From Minisyncoccota bacterium (lineage in GTDB: Bacteria > Patescibacteriota > Minisyncoccia > Phycocordibacterales > UBA9973): a stretch of DNA of 64,000 bases. The stretch spans positions 7,596 through 71,595 of the forward strand of contig DATKGV010000012.1 of assembly GCA_035510575.1 (NCBI GenBank). Reading direction: 5' to 3'. Positions 18,993 to 27,362 of this stretch are shown here, in pieces. Below the pieces are notes generated by a model that was given only the letters and a program-made list of their open reading frames with translations, made no database searches and had not been told where the DNA came from. The stretch's first letter is position 1, and every line of letters starts with the position of its first letter. Both the position numbers and the translations under genes were made by a program.

Positions 18993-19058
18993 TTAATTAT
19001 CAATAGTTTTGCACATCTTAATCACAGATTTATTCGAAAAGGCAAGATTGCATAGCTT

Positions 19059-20477
19059 ATGCTTAATGCTACAATAATCTTTATGGCAGATACAAAACAA
19101 AAAACAAATCTTCGCGTTCCTCCGCAAAGCGTGGATTCGGAAAAAGCCGTTCTCGGCTCTATTATGCTTCGGCCTGGAGCCATACATGAAATTAATGGCA
19201 TCATAAACGCTGATTCTTTTTATGCTTCAAAGCATTCTCAAATTTATAAGACGATGCTTGAACTTTCAAATAAGGGCGAGCCGATAGACATACTATCTGT
19301 CTCACATAAATTAACCGAGAAAGGGCTTATTGATTCCGTGGGCGGCAGCAGTTACTTGAGCGAACTTGTTAATGCCGTTCCAGCTTCAACGAATATCAAG
19401 CATTATGCCGAAATTGTGTCAAAGAAAAATATTTTAAGAAAAATAATTGAAGCCGGAGCCGATATATCTGAGATGGGTTTTCGTGAAGAAGTGGAGAATG
19501 TCTTTGATGTGCTGGATCAAGCGGAAAAGCGCATGATGGGCATCAATGACAATGTCGGCTCCCATTCGTTTAAGTCCCTTAAAGAAAGCTTGCCTGAAGC
19601 CTGGGAACGATTGGAACGGCTTCATGAAAATAAAGGCGAACTGCGAGGCGTATCGACAGGATTTCATGATTTGGACCAATATCTGTCCGGCCTTCAGAAA
19701 TCGGATCTTATCATCTTGGCGGCGCGCCCATCAATGGGCAAGACCACGCTTGCTTTAGATATTGCCCGCCAAGCTGCGCTAAAGAACGGCATTACGACTG
19801 TTATCTTTTCTCTTGAAATGAGCACTCAGCAGCTTGTTGATAGAATGCTGGCTGCAGAATCAAGAGTCAATGCCTGGAATTTAAGAACAGGCAATTTATC
19901 GGCTGAAAGCGAATTTTCAAAAATTCGCGATTCTCTTGATCGCTTGTCCAAGGCGCCTATTTTTGTCGATGATATGGCCGGCAATTCCATAGTCCGCATG
20001 CGATCAATCTGCCGCCGCATCCGCGCCGAACACGGCATAGGCATGATTATCGTGGATTATCTCCAGTTGATGTCGACTTCCAAAGATTATGACAGCATGG
20101 TCAATCAAGTAACTGAAATTTCCCGTTCCCTCAAGGCGCTTGCTAAAGAATTCGAAGTGCCGGTTCTGGCATTGTCCCAGCTTTCCCGAGCTGTTGAATC
20201 GCGCGGCGGCAGGCCTCGACTATCCGATCTTCGCGACTCGGGTTCCATCGAGCAGGATGCCGATGTCGTGATGTTCATCCATCGGGAAGATAAGGGCAAA
20301 GATGAGTCGGAAAGGACCAATATAGCGGAAATATTGATTGAAAAGCATCGCAATGGGCCTGTTGGCAAGATAAATCTGTACTTCGATGAAAAGACCACGA
20401 CTTTCATGAACGTAGAGAAGACAAATTTAAATCAGTTTATCTCGACTCAATCCGGCGATGAATTGGATGAACTTTAA
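19059..20477 (+). CDS. dnaB: Replicative DNA helicase.
   Basis: DnaB N-terminal domain, Walker A ARPSMGKTTLAL, RecA-like core. The start may be the internal MADTKQ at 19083. Confidence 0.9.
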   Translation: MLNATIIFMADTKQKTNLRVPPQSVDSEKAVLGSIMLRPGAIHEINGIINADSFYASKHSQIYKTMLELSNKGEPIDILSVSHKLTEKGLIDSVGGSSYLSELVNAVPASTNIKHYAEIVSKKNILRKIIEAGADISEMGFREEVENVFDVLDQAEKRMMGINDNVGSHSFKSLKESLPEAWERLERLHENKGELRGVSTGFHDLDQYLSGLQKSDLIILAARPSMGKTTLALDIARQAALKNGITTVIFSLEMSTQQLVDRMLAAESRVNAWNLRTGNLSAESEFSKIRDSLDRLSKAPIFVDDMAGNSIVRMRSICRRIRAEHGIGMIIVDYLQLMSTSKDYDSMVNQVTEISRSLKALAKEFEVPVLALSQLSRAVESRGGRPRLSDLRDSGSIEQDADVVMFIHREDKGKDESERTNIAEILIEKHRNGPVGKINLYFDEKTTTFMNVEKTNLNQFISTQSGDELDEL

Positions 20478-20489
20478 AAGATAATAAAA

Positions 20490-20528
20490 AAGCTGAGAAT
20501 TAAATATTCTCAGCTTCTTATGTTTTTT
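20490..20528. terminator. Bidirectional terminator between convergent dnaB and the 146-aa gene.
   Basis: Stem AAGCTGAGAAT / ATTCTCAGCTT flanked by A-run and T-run. Confidence 0.65.
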
Positions 20529-20967
20529 AAGATAATAATACAGATGATATAGCAGATTGAATAATTTCGATGATTTTCATAAAAGGAGGTAACGCTCCGT
20601 GTGTAACCGTTCTAACTTCATATTCTATTTTTAATTGAGGAATGTCAGTTTTTATTCCCTCATTAAAAATTTCTAATGTTAAAAAAGGTTTTGGATCGAA
20701 TACATTTATCTCACTAGTATCTTCAGTTCCCATTGGAGTGCGGGTCCAAACACAAAGAACCTGTTTATCATCACTGGATTTTATCCTTAAGCCAACAGAG
20801 CACTCATAAGCTTTTGATCCACTCGGAATAATTAATTCCACGACGGAGTATTTAGACATCCCAGTTATAACTTTTTTGGGTTCTTTTTCTTCTCCGAAAT
20901 TCTTTTTGAGAAAATTAAATATTTTCTCTACAGAATCAATCTGTAATACACTTCCTGTTTTTCCCAT
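20527..20967 (-). CDS. Hypothetical protein.
   Basis: ORF only. Confidence 0.4.
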   Translation of the reverse strand: MGKTGSVLQIDSVEKIFNFLKKNFGEEKEPKKVITGMSKYSVVELIIPSGSKAYECSVGLRIKSSDDKQVLCVWTRTPMGTEDTSEINVFDPKPFLTLEIFNEGIKTDIPQLKIEYEVRTVTHGALPPFMKIIEIIQSAISSVLLS

Positions 20968-21099
20968 ATCTATTAAATTTTAGAATTATATATTTTCTTT
21001 GATATTACTATATATTTATTATGTTGTCAATAATAACAATAATATTCTACTATATTTAATACAAGATAATTTTTTACAAAAATATGCTAAAATCATTTT

Positions 21100-21750
21100 A
21101 TGAATCCAATAGAAAAACTTGCAGAGCAATTTAAAGAATTTCCGGGCATTGGCGAACGGCAGGCCAAGCGCTTCGTTTATTTCTTGCTTCATAAGAATCC
21201 GGATTATGTAAATGAACTTGGCGAGGCAGTTTTGTCGATTAAGAATTTAATACACCAATGCCCGTCATGCTTCTTATTTTTCCAAGGAGATAAGGGCAAG
21301 TTATGCGAGGTTTGTGCAAATAGTAATACTGACAGAACTTCCCTTCTGATTGTTGAAAAAGATGCCGATTATGAAAGTATAAAGAAAAGCAAGAATTATA
21401 ATGGCATGTATTTTATACTTGGTGGACTGGTGCCCATTGTCACGAAAGAAACGCCTAATTTTGTGCGCATTAAAGAGCTTTTAAAAACTGTTGAAGAAAG
21501 ATCAAAAAAACCTGCCCGCCCTCACGAAAGTTCGGGAGCAGGCGGGGGCGAACTTAAAGAAATTATTGTAGCCTTATCATTAAACCCGCAAGGCGAGCAT
21601 ACGGACATGTATCTTAGGGAGATATTGAATCCGCTTAAAGAAACATATAAATTTAATATCGTATCTTTGGGGCGAGGTCTTTCTACTGGCACTGAACTGG
21701 AATATTCAGACAGCGAGACGATAAAAAATGCTCTTTTAAATAGAGCATAA
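21100..21750 (+). CDS. recR: Recombination protein RecR, carrying an in-frame GC-rich repeat insertion.
   Basis: HhH EFPGIGERQAKRF. C4 zinc finger CPSCFLF..CEVC. Toprim EIIVALSLNPQGEHT. An atypical KKPARPHESSGAGGG insert is encoded by repeat A. Confidence 0.85.
   Translation: MNPIEKLAEQFKEFPGIGERQAKRFVYFLLHKNPDYVNELGEAVLSIKNLIHQCPSCFLFFQGDKGKLCEVCANSNTDRTSLLIVEKDADYESIKKSKNYNGMYFILGGLVPIVTKETPNFVRIKELLKTVEERSKKPARPHESSGAGGGELKEIIVALSLNPQGEHTDMYLREILNPLKETYKFNIVSLGRGLSTGTELEYSDSETIKNALLNRA
21504..21550. repeat. GC-rich repeat family A, copy 1 (AAAAAAACCTGCCCGCCCTCACGAAAGTTCGGGAGCAGGCGGGGG), in frame in recR.
   Basis: Near-identical reverse-complement copy at 26125-26170. Partial copy at 48156-48170. 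About 70% GC in an AT-rich context. Confidence 0.8.
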
Positions 21751-21757
21751 TTTATTT

Positions 21758-22209
21758 CTAACCCAATTTTTTCTCTATATCTTTTAATTCATCGCTTATC
21801 TCTTTGAGTTCAACAACTTCTTTCTGTATTTCTTCTTCTGTTTTTTTGCTTACTTGATCTTCCTTATCAATGAAATTTTTAATTTGTGATATATCTATTT
21901 CTTCGCTTCTTATTTCCTCTTCCGTTTTTTCATCTACTCTCTTTTCTTGTTTTATACCGGAAATTATAATTCTATCGCCGACAAAAAACGAGACAAAAAG
22001 TCCTATAAACATTGAAAGCAATATTCCTAATATTACCGAAAGCCACCCGGGTATATTGAGATTATCCGCTATTATCCAAATGCCGCGCCAGATCAATATG
22101 ATGCCTATGCTGCCGAGGAATGCGTAAAGAATAGGCAAACGGCTCAATCTATTCCGCACTTGCCTCTCCAAATGAGAGAAATATTTTATTATTGTTTTAA
22201 TAATATCCA
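21758..22209 (-). CDS. Membrane protein with an acidic C-terminal coiled tail.
   Basis: Two TM helices. The ORF-track start at 22231 is TTG, whereas ATG MDIIK lies at 22209. Confidence 0.35.
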
Positions 22210-22227
22210 TACGGCGATTATAGCATA

Positions 22228-22260
22228 TCAAAATAAAAACGCTCCAGATTTATATTGGAG
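22228..22260 (-). terminator. Terminator downstream of rplU.
   Basis: Stem GCTCCA / TGGAGC. On the minus strand it is followed by GTTTTTATT. Confidence 0.6.
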
Positions 22261-22265
22261 CGATT

Positions 22266-22607
22266 TTATTTAATGGCTGAAATTTTGATTTCGGTGAATG
22301 GCTGGCGATGGCCGTTGCGCTTGAGGTATCGGCTTTTCTGCTTATATTTGACAACCTTGACTGTCTTGCCGCGGCCTTGCTTTTGAAACAATGATTCTAC
22401 TTTAGCATTTGATATGTAAGGCGATCCGATAGTGGTATCGACGCCGTTATCCACAAGCAGAATTTTATCAAAAACAATCTTGTCTCCAACATTAAAATTA
22501 CCGTCAAGCTTCTCGATTTTAAGAATATCGCCGACTGCGACTTTATACTGCTTTCCGCCTGTGCAGATGACAGCGAATTCTTTGTTGTTTTTTATTATTT
22601 TTGCCAT
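22266..22607 (-). CDS. rplU: Ribosomal protein bL21.
   Basis: FAVICTGGKQYKV...GRGKTVKV pattern. Confidence 0.9.
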   Translation of the reverse strand: MAKIIKNNKEFAVICTGGKQYKVAVGDILKIEKLDGNFNVGDKIVFDKILLVDNGVDTTIGSPYISNAKVESLFQKQGRGKTVKVVKYKQKSRYLKRNGHRQPFTEIKISAIK

Positions 22608-22715
22608 ATATATTATTCAAAAAGTGCAGAAAACCGCCAAATAGCCAAGTTTTCCACAGACCTCATCATACACAAAAGTTTTGAAAAACGCAAGCAGAGC
22701 TGTATACTAGAGCTT

Positions 22716-23627
22716 ATGATATCGAAATATAATTATAAGGGCTTGATATGGGTTGATCTTGAATCGCCCACTGAAGAAGAAATAAATCACATAATGGAGC
22801 ATTATTCCATACCGGGCGCGGTGGGAAGAGAAATACTCAATGAGAGCATACAATCCAAAGTGGATTTGTATCCTAATTTTATTTATCTTATATTGCATTT
22901 TCCGCAAATTTCCAGCAAAGAGAGCAGAAGCGTGGAAAAAGAAATTGATTTTATCGTCGGCAACGAATTTATAATTACCATACATTACGAATTCATTGAT
23001 TCGATTAACGAGTTTTCAAAGACCTTTGAGAATGACGCGATGTCAAATAAAGATTTGAGAATTGAACATGCGGGATTGCTTTTCTCCAATTTGATAAAAA
23101 CTTTATACATAAATTCCCGCCGCCAATTGCACAGCGTCAATCTGCTCTTGAAAGATACCGAGGATAAGATTTTCGAGGGCAAAGAGGGAGATATGGTTGC
23201 AACCATATCGAATATCAACCGCACTTTGCTTGATTTCAAGCAGGCCTTGAGATTCCATAAGGAAGTTCTAAACTCATTTGAAATTTCAGCCAAGAAATTC
23301 TTCGGAGAAGAATTCGGCTTTTATATCTCGTCAATAATCAACGAATACAATAAGACCCGCGCCATACTGGATAGCCATAAGGAAATACTTGATGATTTGC
23401 GCAATACCAATGATTCCCTATTGGCGAATAAAACCAAGGAAACGATGAAAATTCTGACTATTATCACTTTTCTTGTTTCTCCTATTACCGTCATTGCCAA
23501 TATTTTCATGATAAACAGCAATTTCTTGAAAACAGGAAACATAAATCATTATTACTTGGTATTATTATTAATGTTCACTACGAGCTTGCTCGCATATTTA
23601 TATATAAAGACAAAGAAATGGCTCTAG
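22716..23627 (+). CDS. CorA-family divalent cation transporter, with the non-canonical pore motif (F)MIN instead of GMN.
   Basis: N-terminus WVDLESPTEEEI. Two C-terminal TM helices. ANIFMINSNF aligns where YGMNF is expected. Confidence 0.55.
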   Translation: MISKYNYKGLIWVDLESPTEEEINHIMEHYSIPGAVGREILNESIQSKVDLYPNFIYLILHFPQISSKESRSVEKEIDFIVGNEFIITIHYEFIDSINEFSKTFENDAMSNKDLRIEHAGLLFSNLIKTLYINSRRQLHSVNLLLKDTEDKIFEGKEGDMVATISNINRTLLDFKQALRFHKEVLNSFEISAKKFFGEEFGFYISSIINEYNKTRAILDSHKEILDDLRNTNDSLLANKTKETMKILTIITFLVSPITVIANIFMINSNFLKTGNINHYYLVLLLMFTTSLLAYLYIKTKKWL

Positions 23628-25000
23628 AAATATACAATACTTTATCCAGGAAAAAAGAAATTTTTAAGCCAATTCATGGTAATAATGTTGGTTTTTATAC
23701 TTGTGGACCAACTGTTTATAATTATGCCCATATTGGAAATTTAAGAACTTATATCTTTGAGGATATATTTAAACGCGTTTTAATTTTTAATGGTTATAAA
23801 GTTAAACATGTGATGAATATTACTGATGTAGGTCATTTAACTGGTGATCGTGATATGGGTGAAGATAAAATAGAAAAAGAAGCAAAAAAAGAAAATAAAA
23901 CTGTTTGGGAAATAGCTAGTTTTTACACAAAAACTTTTAAAGAAGATTTAAAAAACATAAATATTATTTTTCCTGATATTGTTTGTAAGGCTACTGATAA
24001 TATAAAAGAACAAATAAAAATGATAAAGGTTTTAGAAAAAAAAGGTTTCGCTTATAAAATAACTGATGGAATATATTTTGATACTTCGAAAGTTAGTGAT
24101 TATACAAAACTTTCTCATCAAAACCTTGAAGCTCTAAAAGAAGGAGCTAGAGTTGAAATAAATAAAGAAAAGAAAAATCCTACTGATTTTACTCTTTGGA
24201 AATTCTCACCAAAAGATGTAAAAAGACAAATGGAATGGAATAGCCCTTGGGGAGTAGGTTTTCCAGGTTGGCATATTGAGTGTTCTGCCATAAGTGTTAA
24301 GTATCTTGGAGAACAATTTGATATACATTGTGGAGGTGTTGATTTCATTAATTTACACCACACAAATGAATTAGCACAAACTGAAGCTGTTACAGGGAAA
24401 ATACCATGGGTTAAATATTGGGTACATGGAGAATTTTTAAATATAAAAAATGGTGAAAAAATGGCTAAAAGCACAGGAAATTTTCTGACTTTAAAAAGTG
24501 AATTTATTAATAAAAATATTAATCCTTTAATTTATCGTTTTGCTACTTTTAGTGTTCATTATAGAAAACAAATGGAATGGAATGATGATGTGTTAGAATC
24601 AGCAAAGAATGGCTTTAATAATCTATCTTCAAAAATTGAAAGTTTAGGAAAAAAGAAAGGTAGTATAAATAATGAGTGGAAAGAAAATTTTATACTTGCA
24701 ATAAATGATGACTTAAATATGCCCCAAGCAATGGCAGTATTAAATGAAATGTTGAAGTCAGAAATTTCAAATGAAGATAAACTTGCAACAATTTTAGATT
24801 TTGATAAAGTATTGGGCCTTGAATTAAAAAAGATTAAACCAATAAAAATTCCTAATAATATTAAAGATTTACTCAATCAAAGAGATGAAGCAAAGAAAAA
24901 TAAGAACTGGCAAGAGAGTGATAAATTAAGAAAACAAATAGAAGAACTCGGTTATGAGATAAATGATACTAAAGATGGACAGCAAATTAGGAAAATATAA
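23618..25000 (+). CDS. cysS: Cysteinyl-tRNA synthetase.
   Basis: CGPTVYNYAHIGN (HIGH) and KMAKSTGN (KMSKS). Confidence 0.9.
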   Translation: MALEIYNTLSRKKEIFKPIHGNNVGFYTCGPTVYNYAHIGNLRTYIFEDIFKRVLIFNGYKVKHVMNITDVGHLTGDRDMGEDKIEKEAKKENKTVWEIASFYTKTFKEDLKNINIIFPDIVCKATDNIKEQIKMIKVLEKKGFAYKITDGIYFDTSKVSDYTKLSHQNLEALKEGARVEINKEKKNPTDFTLWKFSPKDVKRQMEWNSPWGVGFPGWHIECSAISVKYLGEQFDIHCGGVDFINLHHTNELAQTEAVTGKIPWVKYWVHGEFLNIKNGEKMAKSTGNFLTLKSEFINKNINPLIYRFATFSVHYRKQMEWNDDVLESAKNGFNNLSSKIESLGKKKGSINNEWKENFILAINDDLNMPQAMAVLNEMLKSEISNEDKLATILDFDKVLGLELKKIKPIKIPNNIKDLLNQRDEAKKNKNWQESDKLRKQIEELGYEINDTKDGQQIRKI

Positions 25001-25001
25001 T

Positions 25002-26066
25002 CTATTTTTGACTTTTAATTGCAAGTAAGCAAAGTTTATAGAGAATTCTTGCGCCAACATTGCCGTCCCATTCGCCTTCTTTACCCGGAGCAACTTCACA
25101 CAAATCAAAACCGATTATTTTCTTTTTTGAAGCTATAAGCTTTTCAAATAAGAACGTCATTTCTTCTATCGAAAATCCTCCGGGCATTGGCGTGCCGGTA
25201 TTTGGGCATAAATATGGCAGAAGTCCATCTATGTCAAAAGATATATAGACATTATCTGGCAAAGTTTTAATAATTTTATCGCAAACTTTTGCCCAACTAC
25301 TGCCATTAAAAATTGATTTTTTTATTTCATAATCAGTGAATATAGTCACGCGATTTTTATTTGCCTCGGCAAATTTAATTTCAGCCTCGCAACAATCTCT
25401 TACGCCAATCTGCGTAAGTTGGCTGATATTCTTAATTTTAAGAGCATTAAAGAATATTGAGGCATGAGAGTATTTCAATCCCTCATAAGCATTTCTCAAA
25501 TCGCAATGCGCGTCTATATGCAAGATTCCGAAAGATTTATATTTTTCCGAAAGCGCTTCTAGGTATCCAAGCGGCACGCTGTGATCTCCGCCGACTACTC
25601 CCGCAATTTTGCCTTCATCAAGCAATTTGGCGGTATTTTCCTTAATTGATTCTTTCAATAACAGACACTCTTTGTTTATATACTTTTGCAGATCTTTATT
25701 TACACGGCCGTCAGAATATTCGCCTAAATACTTTTCTGCCTTCTCTCTGACTTGTTTGTTTTTATAAAATATATCTGCTGGTATTTCCTGCATGGCAATT
25801 CCCATTCTCCATCCATCGGGCAAGATTGGATCATATAGATCAATTTGTTGGGAAGCGTTCAGTATTGCTTCCGGACCTTTAGATGCGCCTGTTTTATAAG
25901 AAACAGTTGCTTCCCAAGGAATTGGCACAAGTACTGCTTCCGATTCAGCCGGCAAGAATGGCAAGCCGAAAATACCGTGATCACGCAGGCCGTTTTCATT
26001 CGGATTAAATTTGGCAATTTTTTCTTTACGCGCCTTTTCTCTATTTTTTGAATTATTTTTTGTCAT
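25002..26066 (-). CDS. speB: Agmatinase (arginase/ureohydrolase family).
   Basis: Metal-binding motifs GGDHS, DAHCD, SFDIDGL. Confidence 0.75.
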   Translation of the reverse strand: MTKNNSKNREKARKEKIAKFNPNENGLRDHGIFGLPFLPAESEAVLVPIPWEATVSYKTGASKGPEAILNASQQIDLYDPILPDGWRMGIAMQEIPADIFYKNKQVREKAEKYLGEYSDGRVNKDLQKYINKECLLLKESIKENTAKLLDEGKIAGVVGGDHSVPLGYLEALSEKYKSFGILHIDAHCDLRNAYEGLKYSHASIFFNALKIKNISQLTQIGVRDCCEAEIKFAEANKNRVTIFTDYEIKKSIFNGSSWAKVCDKIIKTLPDNVYISFDIDGLLPYLCPNTGTPMPGGFSIEEMTFLFEKLIASKKKIIGFDLCEVAPGKEGEWDGNVGARILYKLCLLAIKSQK

Positions 26067-26067
26067 T

Positions 26068-27336
26068 TTAAGACAATCTCTCTTTGAAATCCTTATAGCC
26101 GAATTTCTTTATAATTTTAATCTTACCCCCGCCTGCTCCCGAACTATCGTGAGGGCGGGCAGGTTTTTTTATTATAGCAATTGAAGGAAGATTTATGCCA
26201 TTAAAAGTATTGTTCTTAACCATCGTATAAATGGCCATGTTTAAGAAAATTATTTTTTGCCCGATAGTTGAAGGTTGTGGAAAAGAGTAATCTCCTATAA
26301 CATCTCCAGTCAAACAGCTCGGGCCGACTAAGCGATAAATGTTCACATTTCCTTCTGTAGCTGATTTAGCGCCAAGAATAGTTGGTAAATAAGGCATTTC
26401 CAAGACGTCAGGCATATGAGTAGTGGCCGAGACGTCTATTACAGCGATATTCATATTATTTTTTGTTATATCAACTACGCTGCCTATTAAAATGCCAGCA
26501 TTAAGTGCTATGGCTTCACCCGGCTCTAAATAAACTTGCAAGTGCGGATATTGGGCTTTAAAATCCATGATTATCTTATTAAGAAGCGCAATATCATAGT
26601 CCTTGCGCGTAATATGATGCCCGCCGCCGAAATTAACCCATTTCATCCGAGGCAAAAATTCGCCGAATTTTTCTTCAAATACTTTAAGCGTACGCTCTAG
26701 TGCATCAGCATTAAGCTCGCAAAGATTATGAAAATGAAGGCCGTCTATGCCATCCAAATTATTTGATTCAAAATTCGTTTTGGTCACGCCGAAATGGGAA
26801 TTAGGCCTGCTTGGGTCATACATAGGATTTTCCGTTTCGCTATGTTCCACATTTACCCTGATTCCGCAAGAAATTTTCTTTTTAGAATTTTTAATAACAT
26901 TCTTAAATTTATTCCATTGCGAAAATGAATTAAAAACCATATGATCAGCGTATCTGACATATTCTTTCATATTTTCTTTAGTATATGACGGAGAAAAGAC
27001 GTGGACTTCCCCGCCGAATTTTTTATATCCTAGACGCGCTTCATTTACTGAACTTGCTTCGCTTCCTGTAAGATATTTTTTGATCAATGGGAAAACGGAA
27101 AACATAGAAAAACTTTTCAGCGCCATTATGATTTTACAGCCGGTTTTTTCTTGAACGGAAGAAAGTATTTTAAGATTATGTTCCAATCTTTCCTCGCTCA
27201 CCACATAACAGGGCGTTTCAACATCAGAAAAATCCTGCGCATTCCAGCCCTCTTCATCTACCCAAGGTTCAATAAACATATTTTCTTTTTTATCAGGCAT
27301 TTTAATTTTAATTTTTGATGCTACAAACTCTGCCAT
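26068..27336 (-). CDS. nspC: Carboxynorspermidine/carboxyspermidine decarboxylase (PLP fold III), with a repeat-encoded C-terminal extension.
   Basis: NspC-like alignment throughout: KSFSMF...NFGGGHHI...EPGEAIA...GPSCLTGDV. C-terminal tail IKKPARPHDSSGAGGGKIKIIKK is encoded by repeat A copy 2. Confidence 0.8.
   Translation of the reverse strand: MAEFVASKIKIKMPDKKENMFIEPWVDEEGWNAQDFSDVETPCYVVSEERLEHNLKILSSVQEKTGCKIIMALKSFSMFSVFPLIKKYLTGSEASSVNEARLGYKKFGGEVHVFSPSYTKENMKEYVRYADHMVFNSFSQWNKFKNVIKNSKKKISCGIRVNVEHSETENPMYDPSRPNSHFGVTKTNFESNNLDGIDGLHFHNLCELNADALERTLKVFEEKFGEFLPRMKWVNFGGGHHITRKDYDIALLNKIIMDFKAQYPHLQVYLEPGEAIALNAGILIGSVVDITKNNMNIAVIDVSATTHMPDVLEMPYLPTILGAKSATEGNVNIYRLVGPSCLTGDVIGDYSFPQPSTIGQKIIFLNMAIYTMVKNNTFNGINLPSIAIIKKPARPHDSSGAGGGKIKIIKKFGYKDFKERLS
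26125..26170. repeat. GC-rich repeat family A, copy 2 (reverse complement of copy 1), at the 3' end of nspC.
   Basis: CCCCCGCCTGCTCCCGAACTATCGTGAGGGCGGGCAGGTTTTTTT. One mismatch relative to copy 1. Confidence 0.8.
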
Positions 27337-27351
27337 GGCAGAGTTTGTAGC
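27320..27351. promoter_or_regulatory. Perfect 32-bp palindrome GCTACAAACTCTGCCATGGCAGAGTTTGTAGC centred on the nspC start codon.
   Basis: The minus-strand ATG at 27334-27336 sits in the central CCATGG. The arms would form a 14-bp stem sequestering the AUG, or a dyad-symmetric operator. Confidence 0.7.
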
Positions 27352-27362
27352 ACTTCGTTATT

